A stretch of DNA of 64,000 nucleotides from Podarcis tiliguerta (taxonomy: Eukaryota), in NCBI GenBank assembly GCA_965153285.1, contig OZ229111.1; one strand, written 5' to 3'. The position numbers and the translations under genes are program-made. The stretch's first letter is position 1, and each line of letters begins with the position of its first letter. A model generated the notes under the pieces. It saw nothing but the letters and a program-made list of their open reading frames with translations. It did no database searches and was not told where the DNA came from. Shown piece by piece: positions 52,880 through 64,000 of the stretch.

Positions 52880-55464
52880 GTGAGAAAAGTTACGGGGTTG
52901 TGAGAATTGAACTTGTGTTAATACTGAGCGGGCTGTCAGAATGTATTGACTCCTCGATGATTGGAGACTTTCAACCCACAGTGCTGATTTTGCTGTCTTT
53001 GGTGGTTGTGTATACCATGGTTATGTACCAAAAATCTTTCTGTGTTGCTACCTGCTGACAGTGGTTCAGGAATAGTGTGGGCAATAAAGGTAAATGGATA
53101 TAATTGATTGAACCTTTAACTGGTCATTAGCATGGGTCTTTGTGTTCACCTCCCCACCCAGCTTCAGTAGGTAATGTTTGGATGTCAGTTCCTCCAAGCT
53201 TCTATTCTTTATTTATATAACTTTAGTTTTTGAGTCTGAAACAATAACTGTTTAACACTTTGTACATAAGAAGGTGTCATGCTAATCAGGGGTCGGCCAT
53301 AGGGATATCAGAATAGATCTCTGGGTGATTTGATGTAGAGCGGTAAGGATTTTTGATTCCCAGTTGCTTGGCACTGACAATAACAAAATGACCATCCCTC
53401 TGAAGTAATGTGGCTCAAGTGATGAAAAGGGTGGGGTAACTCAAGGTAGATTTTTATATAGAAGGACTGTGAGCTCAGTTTAGTTCAGTGCTCATATTCA
53501 AAACAAATTCCTGAGCTCAGTGTTCTTCAATTCTAAGTGTGCAACTCTTGTGAGCTGGCTGTGATAGTTGGATCATTGAGCTCTAGTTAAAAAAAGAAGT
53601 AGATTTTGCATGCCTGAAGTCTGCCTACTCCTGATGTAAATGACAGCTAAGCACAACCGCAATCTGTATTGGTCACACTCTCTGAAAAGCGTAATAGCAG
53701 CCACATTGAATGGTCTGTAGAGCTAAAGGATCCTTTTGCCAGGATAGTTAGTATAAATCTTCCTTTTTTGCTTCTTTATTTGTGGCAAAGATCAGTGTCT
53801 TGTTTCCTCTCTCACTGGGGTCTCCACTGCACTTCCAGTTCTCCTGTCTCCCGAGTTGTATACAATGGCAAGAGAAACAGCAGCCCTCGCTCCCCAAGCA
53901 ACAGCAGTGAGATCTTCACTCCTGCACATGAGGAGAATGTGCGTTTCATCTCTGAAGGTGCAGTATTTACATTTGAGAAGGCTGATCTCTTCAGTTGCTG
54001 CATCTCCACTGAGTCAGTAGCACATTTCCTTACCTCTTACCCTGTATATAACATATGTTTCTCATGCGGTTGCCAGTTCTGGTGTTATTTTTTCCTTACT
54101 CGTGTATTTAAGATGGGTGCGGGAAAGTGAAGAAAATGAAGATGAGACTCATTGGAATGTTTAGATATGAATCCAACTCTTGGAACTGACGGATAGTTCT
54201 GAGGGTATGTGAGACTTGTCTTCTGATTCTGCATCCAGCATTACAAACATCTGTCATTGCCTCCCTGCTTCTTTATTTGCATTTAAAGACTTCTCCAGTA
54301 GTAACGGTGGGACCACTGCTTGGTGTCTAGGCTGTCTTAGGGTGCCAAAAGCTGGCAGTACTCTTGGGCTAAAAGAAAGGGCTCTTCCGTATTCTCCATG
54401 TGAAGTTTTATCCCCACTTTAACTGTTCCCCTTCTCTGCAGCATGGCAGTGTGTGGAGCGGGATCTCCGCAATCAGATGGCAAGTGGTGAACGGGGACTT
54501 GTGGAGGAGTATGTGGAGAAGATGCCAAACCCCAGTCTGAAAAGTGAGTTTCCTTTTGCTAGCTTTCCCCTTTCAAAGAGAGGTCTAATTTAGTCATGGT
54601 TACACCTACTTGGTGACAGCCAGTTTAGATTACTCTGATGTGGGACTGGCTTTGCAGAGTATTTGAAAACATAGAGTCCAAGATGCAGCTGAAAGAATCC
54701 TAACTGAAACCCATCACTAGAAGCATTGTTGTCATTGGTTTCCAGATAGTTTCAGGGCTCAGTTCAAAGTGCTGGTGTTGACTTTTAAAGGTTTATATGG
54801 CCTGGACTGACTGCTCCAATGCAGATCTGTCTATTGACTCAATTCAAGCCTTGTTCTGGTTCTCTCTGGGGTTGAGCTAGATGGCTATGCATGAAAGGGG
54901 CTTTTCAGCAGTTGGCCTGAGGCTCTGACATTTGTTTCCGTGGGAAGCCCATTTGTTCTCATCTTTCTTGCTCTTCTGACATACGGTGAAAACTCTCTTG
55001 TATAGGAGGATAGTTGGAAACATATAGTGGTAGTGTTATAGTCCATGAATTTGATTAGGGACATGAATATAGATGTACCTACTTTCTTGCATATTAGAGA
55101 TTTTCTGGTTGCAGAATTTAGGTTATCATTCTAGGTAGAACTGGAGACCCCTTGGGTTTGGGTTGTAGTAATGGCCTGCTGTGTTGAATAGGTCTGGGGT
55201 ACCAACTCAAACCATTTAATTAGGTGTGTAGGTTACCTGTGATCTGAATTCCAATTTAGGGTACTAACTGTTAGGTGATGGTGGGGAGGCTAGCATCTTT
55301 GTTCTTATCCAGGCAGGCTGGAGGGAGTATTGATGGAAAGCAATGTTGCTAGTCAGGAATCTTACCCTAAATTGTGTCTCCTTTCTTCTTTTTTGACAGC
55401 TTTCAGACCTGTTGACTTGAGTGACCTAAAGCGGCGGAACACACAGGATGCTAAGAAATCCTAA
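52872..55464 (+). CDS. MCRIP1: MAPK-regulated corepressor-interacting protein 1 (FAM195B), 4 coding exons, 294 nt, 97 aa
   Basis: join(52872-52879,53839-53957,54442-54543,55400-55464) = MTSSPVSRVVYNGKRNSSPRSPSNSSEIFTPAHEENVRFISEAWQCVERDLRNQMASGERGLVEEYVEKMPNPSLKTFRPVDLSDLKRRNTQDAKKS; PxDLS CtBP-binding motif; synteny. Confidence 0.96.
53839..53957 (+). CDS. MCRIP1: MCRIP1 coding exon 2
   Basis: acttccag acceptor; SPVSRVVYNGKR...HEENVRFISE; G|gtgcag donor. Confidence 0.95.
54442..54543 (+). CDS. MCRIP1: MCRIP1 coding exon 3
   Basis: ccttctctgcag acceptor; AWQCVERDL...PNPSLK; A|gtgagt donor. Confidence 0.95.
54670..55010 (+). mobile_element. Degraded L2 ORF2 fragment in the last MCRIP1 intron
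   Basis: HWFP.SFRAQFKVLVLTFKGLYGL-type motif; gggcttttcagcag (RAFS-like). Confidence 0.6.
55400..55464 (+). CDS. MCRIP1: MCRIP1 last coding exon to stop
   Basis: ttcttttttgacag acceptor; TFRPVDLSDLKRRNTQDAKKS-TAA. Confidence 0.95.
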
Positions 55465-56427
55465 AATGGCTCGGCCTGCCTCAGCCCCAAGTGCTGGCGT
55501 GTGGCCACTGGTACATGAATTTGATGACTTTGTGTTGGTTTCCTCCTTTGGTCTGGCTTGTGCCTGGGGCTGGCTCTGAATTCCCTAAGGAAGGATAGGC
55601 TTCTTGCCTTTTCTTCACAGCTTCCCTTGGCCTGGCCTGGCCCGCCTGCCTTCATTCTACAATTGGCCCCAGAAATTACCTTTTCCCCTTAGTAAATGAC
55701 ATTTTACTCTGATGGTGGCCAAGAGGTTGGTGTGTACCCTGTCTGTTTTAGGAGTGTGGAATAAGGCAGAAGAATCAGGAACAGTATCTAATCTCTCCCT
55801 ATACCCATCTCAAAGCCCAGCCCTTCTTAGGGCAAGGCTAAGAGAGAATGATGGGACAGAAGCAATATGGGTTTTCGTAGTCCACCCTATCAATACATTG
55901 TGAGAATTCAGACTGACTCCTCATACAGTACCTGAGCTTTTAGACTGGAGGATGAAAGAGTGTTGTGCTACGATCTCCATATGCTATCTGCTCAGCTCTG
56001 TGGCACAACAATGGCGAAACGCTGAAGATAGAGGCTGAGGGACCCAGGTACAAAGTCTCCCAAGGGAAAACTCTTTTGGGATTCTGTTGTATAGGATAAA
56101 GCTGAGTCGACTCCCTTATTCTGAGCTGAGCAGGTACTCCAGGTTCTGCTGTCTTTACACTCTGCTGACTTGCAGCCCCAGCCAGGGGGGCAGGTAGCAT
56201 TTCTGAGCTAGCCCCAGAGCCCAGCCCCTGTGCCCCAGCAGGGCTGGGGACAGCCTTGGTGTGTGCTGGGCACTGGCAAGTGGCAGTAGTGCCCATGTTT
56301 GTGTCCAGCTGAGGCAGTGATGTTGGGGACCCTGCTCAGAGTTGGGTAGGCAAGGGGCATGGTGGCTGTTCTTTTCCCTTTGTAACGTCCCCTCTTGGTC
56401 TGTGTCTGTCTTTTAAGGAGTGTTGTA

Positions 56428-56433
56428 AATAAA
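56428..56433 (+). terminator. MCRIP1: MCRIP1 polyadenylation signal
   Basis: AATAAA preceded by TGTA, ~965 nt after the stop. Confidence 0.7.
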
Positions 56434-59400
56434 AACTGGTTAGTCATTTTGACATTCTGCTCTGAGAATTTATCCTGCATCTCTAGCTGGGTTCCCATGA
56501 ACGGGGCTTGCTTACCAATCTTTCTTTGGGTTCCATGTTCTCATTGTTCTGAACTGCTTCACCTGAGCCAGAGTGAATCTTCTCAAAAGGAAGGAGATTT
56601 GTTTTGTTCCTTTTGTTGCCCTAAGGGCAATGCTTGGCAGCTTCCTTTGTTTTTACTTGACTATTACTCTCCATTGGTGCTGGGCTAGTTGCAACTTAGT
56701 CTGCCTGGAGTAATTTACAGTTCAACCAAACCTGATGCTGTTGTGATTGTTAAGCCTCCAGAAGGGCATTCAAGTCCCTTTTGCAATCCTGTAGGGGGAG
56801 AAGGAACTATGAAATATCTAGTCCCTTAGGTGTGATGTATTTAGCTATCAGTATCCAGAAAGATATCCTAGTGCTTGGTAAACAGTTGCCATTTGGATAC
56901 ACATTATTTTGTGCACCTTAGAATGGTGTTCACATTGTGCTGTGAAGGGGGTGGAGTTGCAGGCTGCTTGGAGAAAGTGCTTCATGTTAGCTATGAGGTG
57001 AAACTACTGTGAAGCAAGGCCTCTCTCACAACTTGCTATTTCCTTGGCTAATGACACGGTCATTTTCTGTGTGATTGGCAGTAGGCACCTTCAGTGTTTC
57101 CTGTTCTTGAAACACTGGTGCTTATTAGGGTTAGCATGGGGTTTATCTGGTGTTGGGTTATGTTGAGTAGTCTTAGCTGACACCTTAAGAAGTTTTTGTG
57201 TGCACAGAACACATACCGGTATGTGCCTCTGCAGCAGAAGGGTGGAGACTTTCAGACATCCATTTTCCCTAAGGCAACAGGGTAGGGAGTGTTGCTTAGT
57301 AAGGTATTTTCCCTCCTTGATGTCTGGGAACTGGAGCAGTGGTGCCTGTAGGGTCAACAGGAAGCTAACATTATTTTCACACTGTAATCTGGCTGCAGGT
57401 GATATTATTACCTTTAGTTGGATTAGCAGGATTTTCCTACCGCAGCAAACTGAATCAGCACCCCCAAATGCGGCAATGCTTGAATCCTCAGTAGTTTGCT
57501 GTGCTGCGGATATTTTATCTCAGTCTGCTTTCCCAAATATATCTTTATGCTAGCTTTGAAATCATACCCAGCTTGCTGAGCGCTTTTGCCAGTCTTGATT
57601 GAAGTGGGCAATATTTGCACCCAGCCTGACCAATTTGTTTACTTTGACCAAATGTCATGTCATGAATTGGATTAGAACAGAGTGTGTTTCTCTGCCAACA
57701 GGCAGCACAAAAACGTAGCTATGAAAGCAACATGGAGCATAGTGCCAAGGAGACGTCAAGGAAGATATAGAAGATCAAATGAAGAAAATAAAGGTTGCCC
57801 ATGGTGTGATAATGTTAAACGGGATGGTTTCAGTAAATCCTTCAGCAACTTTAATCATGCGCTTCCCTCCATGCAGTATTGCAGGGTTTCTTTTTTGGCT
57901 GAAATATGAAGCCAACATGGGAATTAACCCAATTAAGGGAGATCTTATTTGTTGATCCAAGCTAAACAAAGAGGGCAGTTTTCCAAGACACTCTGAAAGT
58001 GTAAATCTTTACTTGGGATAGGTTTACATTCTATTTGTGGGGTTAGTCCATAGAGGTTACTTCTTTCCATTAATCATTATTGCTCTTGTGTTTAATAGGT
58101 TAGGCTATAGTGCAATTCTGCCTCAGGGAAAATGCGGTTGCAGCCCAAAACAGCCCTGTGTCTAGCTTCCCCCCCCCACCCCATTTTTGAGGAAAACAAG
58201 GAGAACTAGAAATGTTGTTTTTGGTAATATGTAGTTATGTCCCTTGTTCTTCACCAGATATTTTGGGATGTGTACAGGGCTTTCTAGATTTCAGAAAATA
58301 TTAGCAGCCTCAGAATTACTCCTCCTGCCCCAGCTTTTTCATGATACAGGTATAGATACAGGAATATGCAGTGCTTTGTGGATCTTTGAGGCTAGATGTC
58401 AGCCCTCAACCCATTGTGTTGGGATGCCAAAGACTGTAAATGTGCTGATCACATCTGTCCCTTCTGTTGAAAAGGGTACAGAATGGTCGTTCATAAGTGC
58501 TAACCCATGTAGCTGTTTGTGTGAATTTACACCTACATGATTTGAGCCTTTCCTTTGATTTGACTGGGCAGTGTCCCCTGCAACCTCTCACCTGAGTAGC
58601 TGCATCGTTAGACCAGACACCTTTGCAACTCACCCACCCCCCAAAATATTCCAAATGTGGGCACAACTGGAATGTGATGAGATTATATGGAACAAATCAG
58701 CTCATGTTAATTTCTCAACATAAACATTTTATCATGTAAATTGACCCTTAATCACTCAAGAGTGATGGGCTTGGTATGGACTTTGACCAGAGAATTTATA
58801 ATGCTATGTTTTAAAAATACAAAATTAGCATGGTGGGGGAAACTTTTATATGTGTATATCCTGCTACGTACAATCCACATTACTGTGCGTCACACAACTA
58901 TATGGGTAAAGGAGGACAAAAGACATTTGGGCAGCTATTTCCTATAGTCAGTTTTTTTAGTTTCTTTAAGTGCAATAATGAGATCACCTGTAGGTATTTA
59001 AAAGTGATAGGGAAAATCTGCAGTCCTGAAATGATGGCAGTGAAGAGAAAGAGGGGTGAGTCTTAAATCTTAAAAGTTAGCACCATGGCACTTTCATTTT
59101 GTCATTATTGTGTGAAGAACTTAACTTTTTAAATAAGTATGACCAAAAAATGTCATGATGCTAATGATCGGAACTAAAGGAATAATAAAGAATTGTTGAT
59201 AAAATGATGCCCCTTATAGAAGTGATAGTGGAGGTGTGATACTGCTGATATGTTCACCTGCCCGATAAGACACCTCACACATTGGAATTGGAAAAGCCTA
59301 GCTATGGCTATCTGCGTGTGTAGAAAAACTGGAACCAGTTCTATTAAAAAATTAAAAGCAGATATTCTGAGCTCCCAGAAAAGGCAGAAGAACCATAGAA

Positions 59401-59604
59401 GAAACATGGGGGGACAACAATTGGGTGCTGACATCATGTGAGTGCTTTGTGGAAAGTGAGTGAATGAAGCAATAATAATAAAAATAATGATATAATTTAT
59501 TATTTATACCCCGCCCGTATGGCTGGGTTTCACAAGGCAGTTTAACACTGAGTACGGAAACTAACCCCAGTGTGGGTGCTTGGGAATAAAGTGTCCAAGG
59601 TACA

Positions 59605-59606
<2 letters not shown>

Positions 59607-59641
<35 letters not shown>
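59607..59641. repeat. (TG)n microsatellite
   Basis: ~17 perfect units. Confidence 0.95.
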
Positions 59642-59643
<2 letters not shown>

Positions 59644-62600
59644 TCTTAGTCTGCAGCTAAATGACTATTCATTTGCCAGCTTGGATTTTGTCCCTGGGCC
59701 TCCAGCTGCCAATCCTTACGTTCTGCCTTCTACTTAACGTGGCGGCTGTATTTGTAGATGGATCACACGTCATCTTGTTTTTGCATGATTCCCGTTGTTG
59801 TGGAACTTCAGGGCACATGCTCATGGTCTCTTGAGATGAGCTTGTCACCTCTTACCCAGCCATACTCAATGATCAAAAGTTGTGAAATAGTGTGCTTTCC
59901 CCATCCTTTTAGCATACACTTACATGAGCAGTGGGGGATTCTATTCAGCTTAAGTGATTGTGAATGTGGAACTGGAAGAGTACGTGAATTAACAACATGG
60001 AACACTGTCTTTTTACAGCCGCACACCTAATACATAGGAGTGTGGAAGCCAACTTAATGGCTTTGGAAACCTGCACTGTTTTCCACACTCATAAGGTACC
60101 ACAGTCCTGCGAGAAAGCATGAGACATCCCTGTTGCTGTCTGAGGGGACTGGGATTTAAATGCTGCATCTATTAATATACCCAGATCTGTTTTCGTCCTT
60201 TGGTCCAGAGGATTTATTGCCATCTAAATTACACTTACTAGATGCAAGATTTCCCCCATCACTTCACCAAGGCTGAACCCTGTCACCTCTGGCCACTGTG
60301 AATCTCTTGAAACACAGTCCTATTTAGAGAGTCTGACCTGTGAGGTTTATGAGCTATGCCCCCCCCCCCGCCGCCCCTTGCATTTTGTGGCCTAGAATTC
60401 TTTTTGGGGTTATGAGGTCAAATTTTGGCATAGTGGGTCTAATTACATTAAATAAAAAAATGTTTTCACCACTGAAAAAGTGAGGACTTTTACCAAATCA
60501 CAAAAGTAATTGGATTTAATAGTCCTTGCTGTTAATGCTGGCTCTGATCCTGCACAAGTTGGCATGATACCCTTCACACATGAAACGCTAGAGGAACAGG
60601 AATATTGTTGCAGGGAATAGCCTTTCCACCACCACTCCATTTCAGAGGGGTGGGGGGCTCAAAACCTTCACTCAAAACCATAATTAAATTCTAAGGAAAA
60701 TAAAATGAATTATTCTAGAAAGGTATTGCATTACAAAAAGAAGGGGGCAGCCATGCTGCTCTACAAATCTCTCTCTGTGTAACAGGATTTTGTGTGAATA
60801 TGCTTGTTCCCGAAAGATACAGCAGATTCAGAAAAGATACAGAAAGATTCAGGTTTTTAAAAAAGTGGCAAAATGATGGGGTCAGGGAAGCTTATCACTT
60901 TTAGTATAAAGCTTATCACTTTTAGTACAGTATTCACTCCTGCAACAGTTGTGGTAAATAAAAGGAAATAGCAAATTCCCAGCAAAATACTGTAGCTTGT
61001 GTATTTTTAAAAAATTAAAAAATGCAGTGAGTTTGCAATTGGCTTGGAGGCAAGGGCATATGTAGCTTTCTCACAACAACAAAAATACTGTGCATTTGTT
61101 TTGCATTGAAATTGTCCTAAATTGTCCTTGCACGTTGAAGAGAAACCCATCTAATGAAATAAAGAAAAAGGGTGTTGCTCATACTATAGATTTAAACCTG
61201 TGGAGAGTTCACAGTAAAAACAAATATCTGATGTTAATGTGGGTAGAACAGTTTCCCTAGTTGATGTGTCAGCAAGCACTCATTAACACAAAGGGTGGGG
61301 TTTTTGTGTTGCATTAACTGGGAAGAGTTGGGAGTGGCTTGATCTTGTTACATCCATCCAAATACACAAGGACGGGGGACGGGACATTGAGACATCCCCA
61401 TGCTAGTTGTTCTTTATCCATCTATACAGATCAATGTCGCTTGGTTGATCGCAGAAAATAAGGAATATTCTTCTGTCTAACAGACAGGGCCACATTTCCT
61501 ATTCTGTGTTTTTAATCCTCTTCCTGCTTTCTCCCTAAATCCCTTTCAGTGAATTCACCCATCCATGTAGACCCTTAGATATGAGGATAGTAAAGCCTTT
61601 GCATCTATTCCATGCTCATCCCTGATGACACAGGTATGCCTATCTGCATATTGAATCTGTCCCCACTTCCCATACACTAACAGAAAGCTTTTTTAAAAAA
61701 TTGCCTTATCTGCCTATTTGCTTGTCTGCTTTGGACACCTTTCCTATTGTTAATTAGCTGCTTGGTAGCTAATTAACTAATATTCTCATGATTCTGCTGC
61801 AGGACTTGTATTAATCTGTGATATCCCTGAAATCACAGTGATTCATGATTTCACTAGATTTGTATAACGTGTATAGAAGGGGATGGTGCGTTGCCAAACA
61901 TGGTTAAAACAGTGTTAAAAGTTATAGGAGAATGAAGAGCAGGTATTATCTTGTGGCTGTACAGCAGCGCAGGTGTGGATAAGGTGAGATCTGCTCAGCG
62001 GGCGGCAGGGGGCCTGAAGTGGTGTGTCAATCCGTTTGAGGCCTTCTTTGTTCCACTTTCATTTCCACATGGAAGTCAGCAACTTGTGTGAAAACAGTAT
62101 GGCACAAGAGAGAGAATTTGGAGTACCCAAGCTCTAGCTGGATGGACCGAAACTTGTTTAATTGGTTTCATCCATAAATGTAAGGAGGCTGCGATCCTTT
62201 CTGCCCATAAACAAAATGGAAGTGGCTTGGCTGGCTGAAAATAAAAATATCGTAAAACTGAGTCCAACAAAGAGCAGCCTCTTCTTTCATTCCTGTTTTC
62301 TCTCTCATGTCAAGTGAAAGGAGCCAAAGTGTGAAGCAATGCCCTTGAGCTCCCATGTTTTCTCTGTCCTGATGGGGAAATAAGTTTGGATAAAATTTGT
62401 GGGACATTCCCTGTTTTTGTCTGAAGATGGCAGTGCTGATACAAATGAAACATGCCTTGTTGGCGAAGTCTTGGCTCTCATTAGGGAGTGAATAGACAAG
62501 AAAAAGAAACCAGTCACAAGAACATCAACTGGACCAGACTAGATTGAGTTGACGGCCTGACCTGCTCAGTATGCTGTCCCAGTTGCACAACAGAAAAATG

Positions 62601-63769
62601 TACAAACAAGGTTAATATAGGTAGATGTATGCCATGTGATCTATTCCCAGCTTATAAAAAAACTAGAAATAATTTGAGTCTAAGCTTGCTGTGTCCCAGA
62701 GGTAGAGTGAAGAACTCCTGGAAAGGAAGAACTGGTACCTGCAAAGCCTAATATCCAAAGAGTACGTGGTTTATTCTGAGGCAGGATACTGATAATTAAA
62801 CTACGGTAATAGGGAACTAAGTTTTAAAATGTACAATAGTTCAGCACCATCAGCATATTCCACCATATTCCTAACCAAACACTTATAGTTTTCTATCATC
62901 ATAGAGTTAAAACGTTCTTCCTAAAGCCAAGCATCAACCTTTTGGGTGGTTGGTAGAGCTCTTCTATTTGTTTCCTGCTGTTGACAGGCCTTCAAGTAGT
63001 TGAATAGTAGATTATGTCACCTCTTAGTATTTTCTGTGCTAAGCAAAATCAATTTCTGCAGTCTGTTTTTATCATGGCACCACTTGTTCTCCAGTCATCC
63101 AGCATAGTTGGGGCGGGGAGTTAAGTTCTAGAAATCATGAAGTGGTTTTGACCTTTCCTGGGTGAGGAAGAGCAAAGTGGTCTTAATAAACTAACTAACC
63201 AGCAAGAGCTATCTTCGAAACATGAAGATTTCCCTAAATACTTACTGACATAGAAAGTGTGAATTTTTCAAGCCTAGTCTTCCTTATGCCCAAGGTAGCC
63301 TAGGTGCTGAGGGTTGAGTCCTCCAAACGCATCTTCAGCTCTTTTCATTCAGATGAGAATACACAGCATCACCCAACCATCCATCTAGTTGTGTGTGAGA
63401 AGTTTTAAAGCGATAATTTATCTGCCGCACATGTATGCTGCCCTTCCAAGGTGCTCCGTACGGGATGCTAATCTCATGGCTCCTCCAGACAACCTATTTA
63501 TTGAGCATTCATCCTCACTTACTTGCACAATTTAACCTTATGCAGAGGTTAGTTTATGTGTGGTCTTTACTGAGCATATGTTCTGATTTGCTTGTAGGGT
63601 GTTCATACACCTTTCCGTTAGCCATCCGTGCCAGTGCATTTCCTCTTCACTTTCTTAATCACAAAAATCCATTTTAAAAAAGGATTTGTTGCACTATGGT
63701 GACTGAGCACTCTAATCCACTTTAATTGGTATGCACTTGAATCCCTCCTGCAAAATACAGCCTGGAGTT

Positions 63770-63920
63770 GCCCTCACAGTCCCTGCCCTTTGTACTATGG
63801 GTTAGGTAGGCAGAGAAAAAGTGATTTGCCTAGGGTTACTCAGTAAGTTTGGGGCTGAGCCAACTTTTGAATCCTAGACTTTCCATATTCAATCCTGACA
63901 GTAGCCAGATAACCACAGGG
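63770..63920 (-). mobile_element. Degraded MIR/Squam2-like SINE
   Basis: ggtaggcagaga...gtgatttgcctaggg.tactcag...ggctgagc...tttgaatcc; similar fragment at ~30170-30300. Confidence 0.45.
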
Positions 63921-64000
63921 CTCCTGTTGACCTAGGACAGTTTGCTATGACAATAGGCTAAGAAACCCCTGTGAATGATGTATGCAGACTGATTGCTGGA

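Noticed and set aside
60834-60930. Short direct duplications (aaagatacag…gattcag; aagcttatcacttttagta) and a similar one at ~29720-29752
   Set aside because: Ordinary replication-slippage micro-duplications with no sign of function.
56500-64000. GCGR or other coding exons downstream of MCRIP1
   Set aside because: No class B GPCR motifs or other recognisable coding sequence in any listed frame.

Overview
Vertebrate nuclear DNA from a squamate reptile, probably a lacertid lizard (inferred from Sauria SINE, Squam-type SINE, BovB, CR1, L2 and MITE content). Three complete spliced protein-coding genes lie in tandem on the + strand in the order known from human 17q25.3. P4HB (protein disulfide isomerase) has 11 coding exons at 21455-39966 and encodes 516 aa with two WCGHCK active sites and a C-terminal KDEL. 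PPP1R27 has 3 exons at 47223-49076 and encodes a 150-aa ankyrin-repeat PP1 regulator. MCRIP1/FAM195B has 4 coding exons at 52872-55464 and encodes 97 aa with a PVDLS motif. All exons were assembled by hand with GT-AG boundaries and consistent phase. The first 21 kb and last 7.5 kb contain no gene I can recognise; they are repeat-rich. The most notable unexplained features are four. (1) A 24-bp GAAGA-rich minisatellite in P4HB intron 2 is bracketed by splice sites that define an in-frame, stop-free, phase-matched 210-nt candidate cassette exon. (2) An orphan regulatory module at ~3.3-3.85 kb carries a perfect Oct-Sox composite site plus X-box, CRE and CTCF-like motifs. (3) There is a ~490-bp inverted repeat at 5639-6130. 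(4) The MCRIP1 promoter has twin RFX X-boxes. No prokaryote-type systems (CRISPR etc.) are present. Repeat family names come from recall of consensus sequences, not from a database search.
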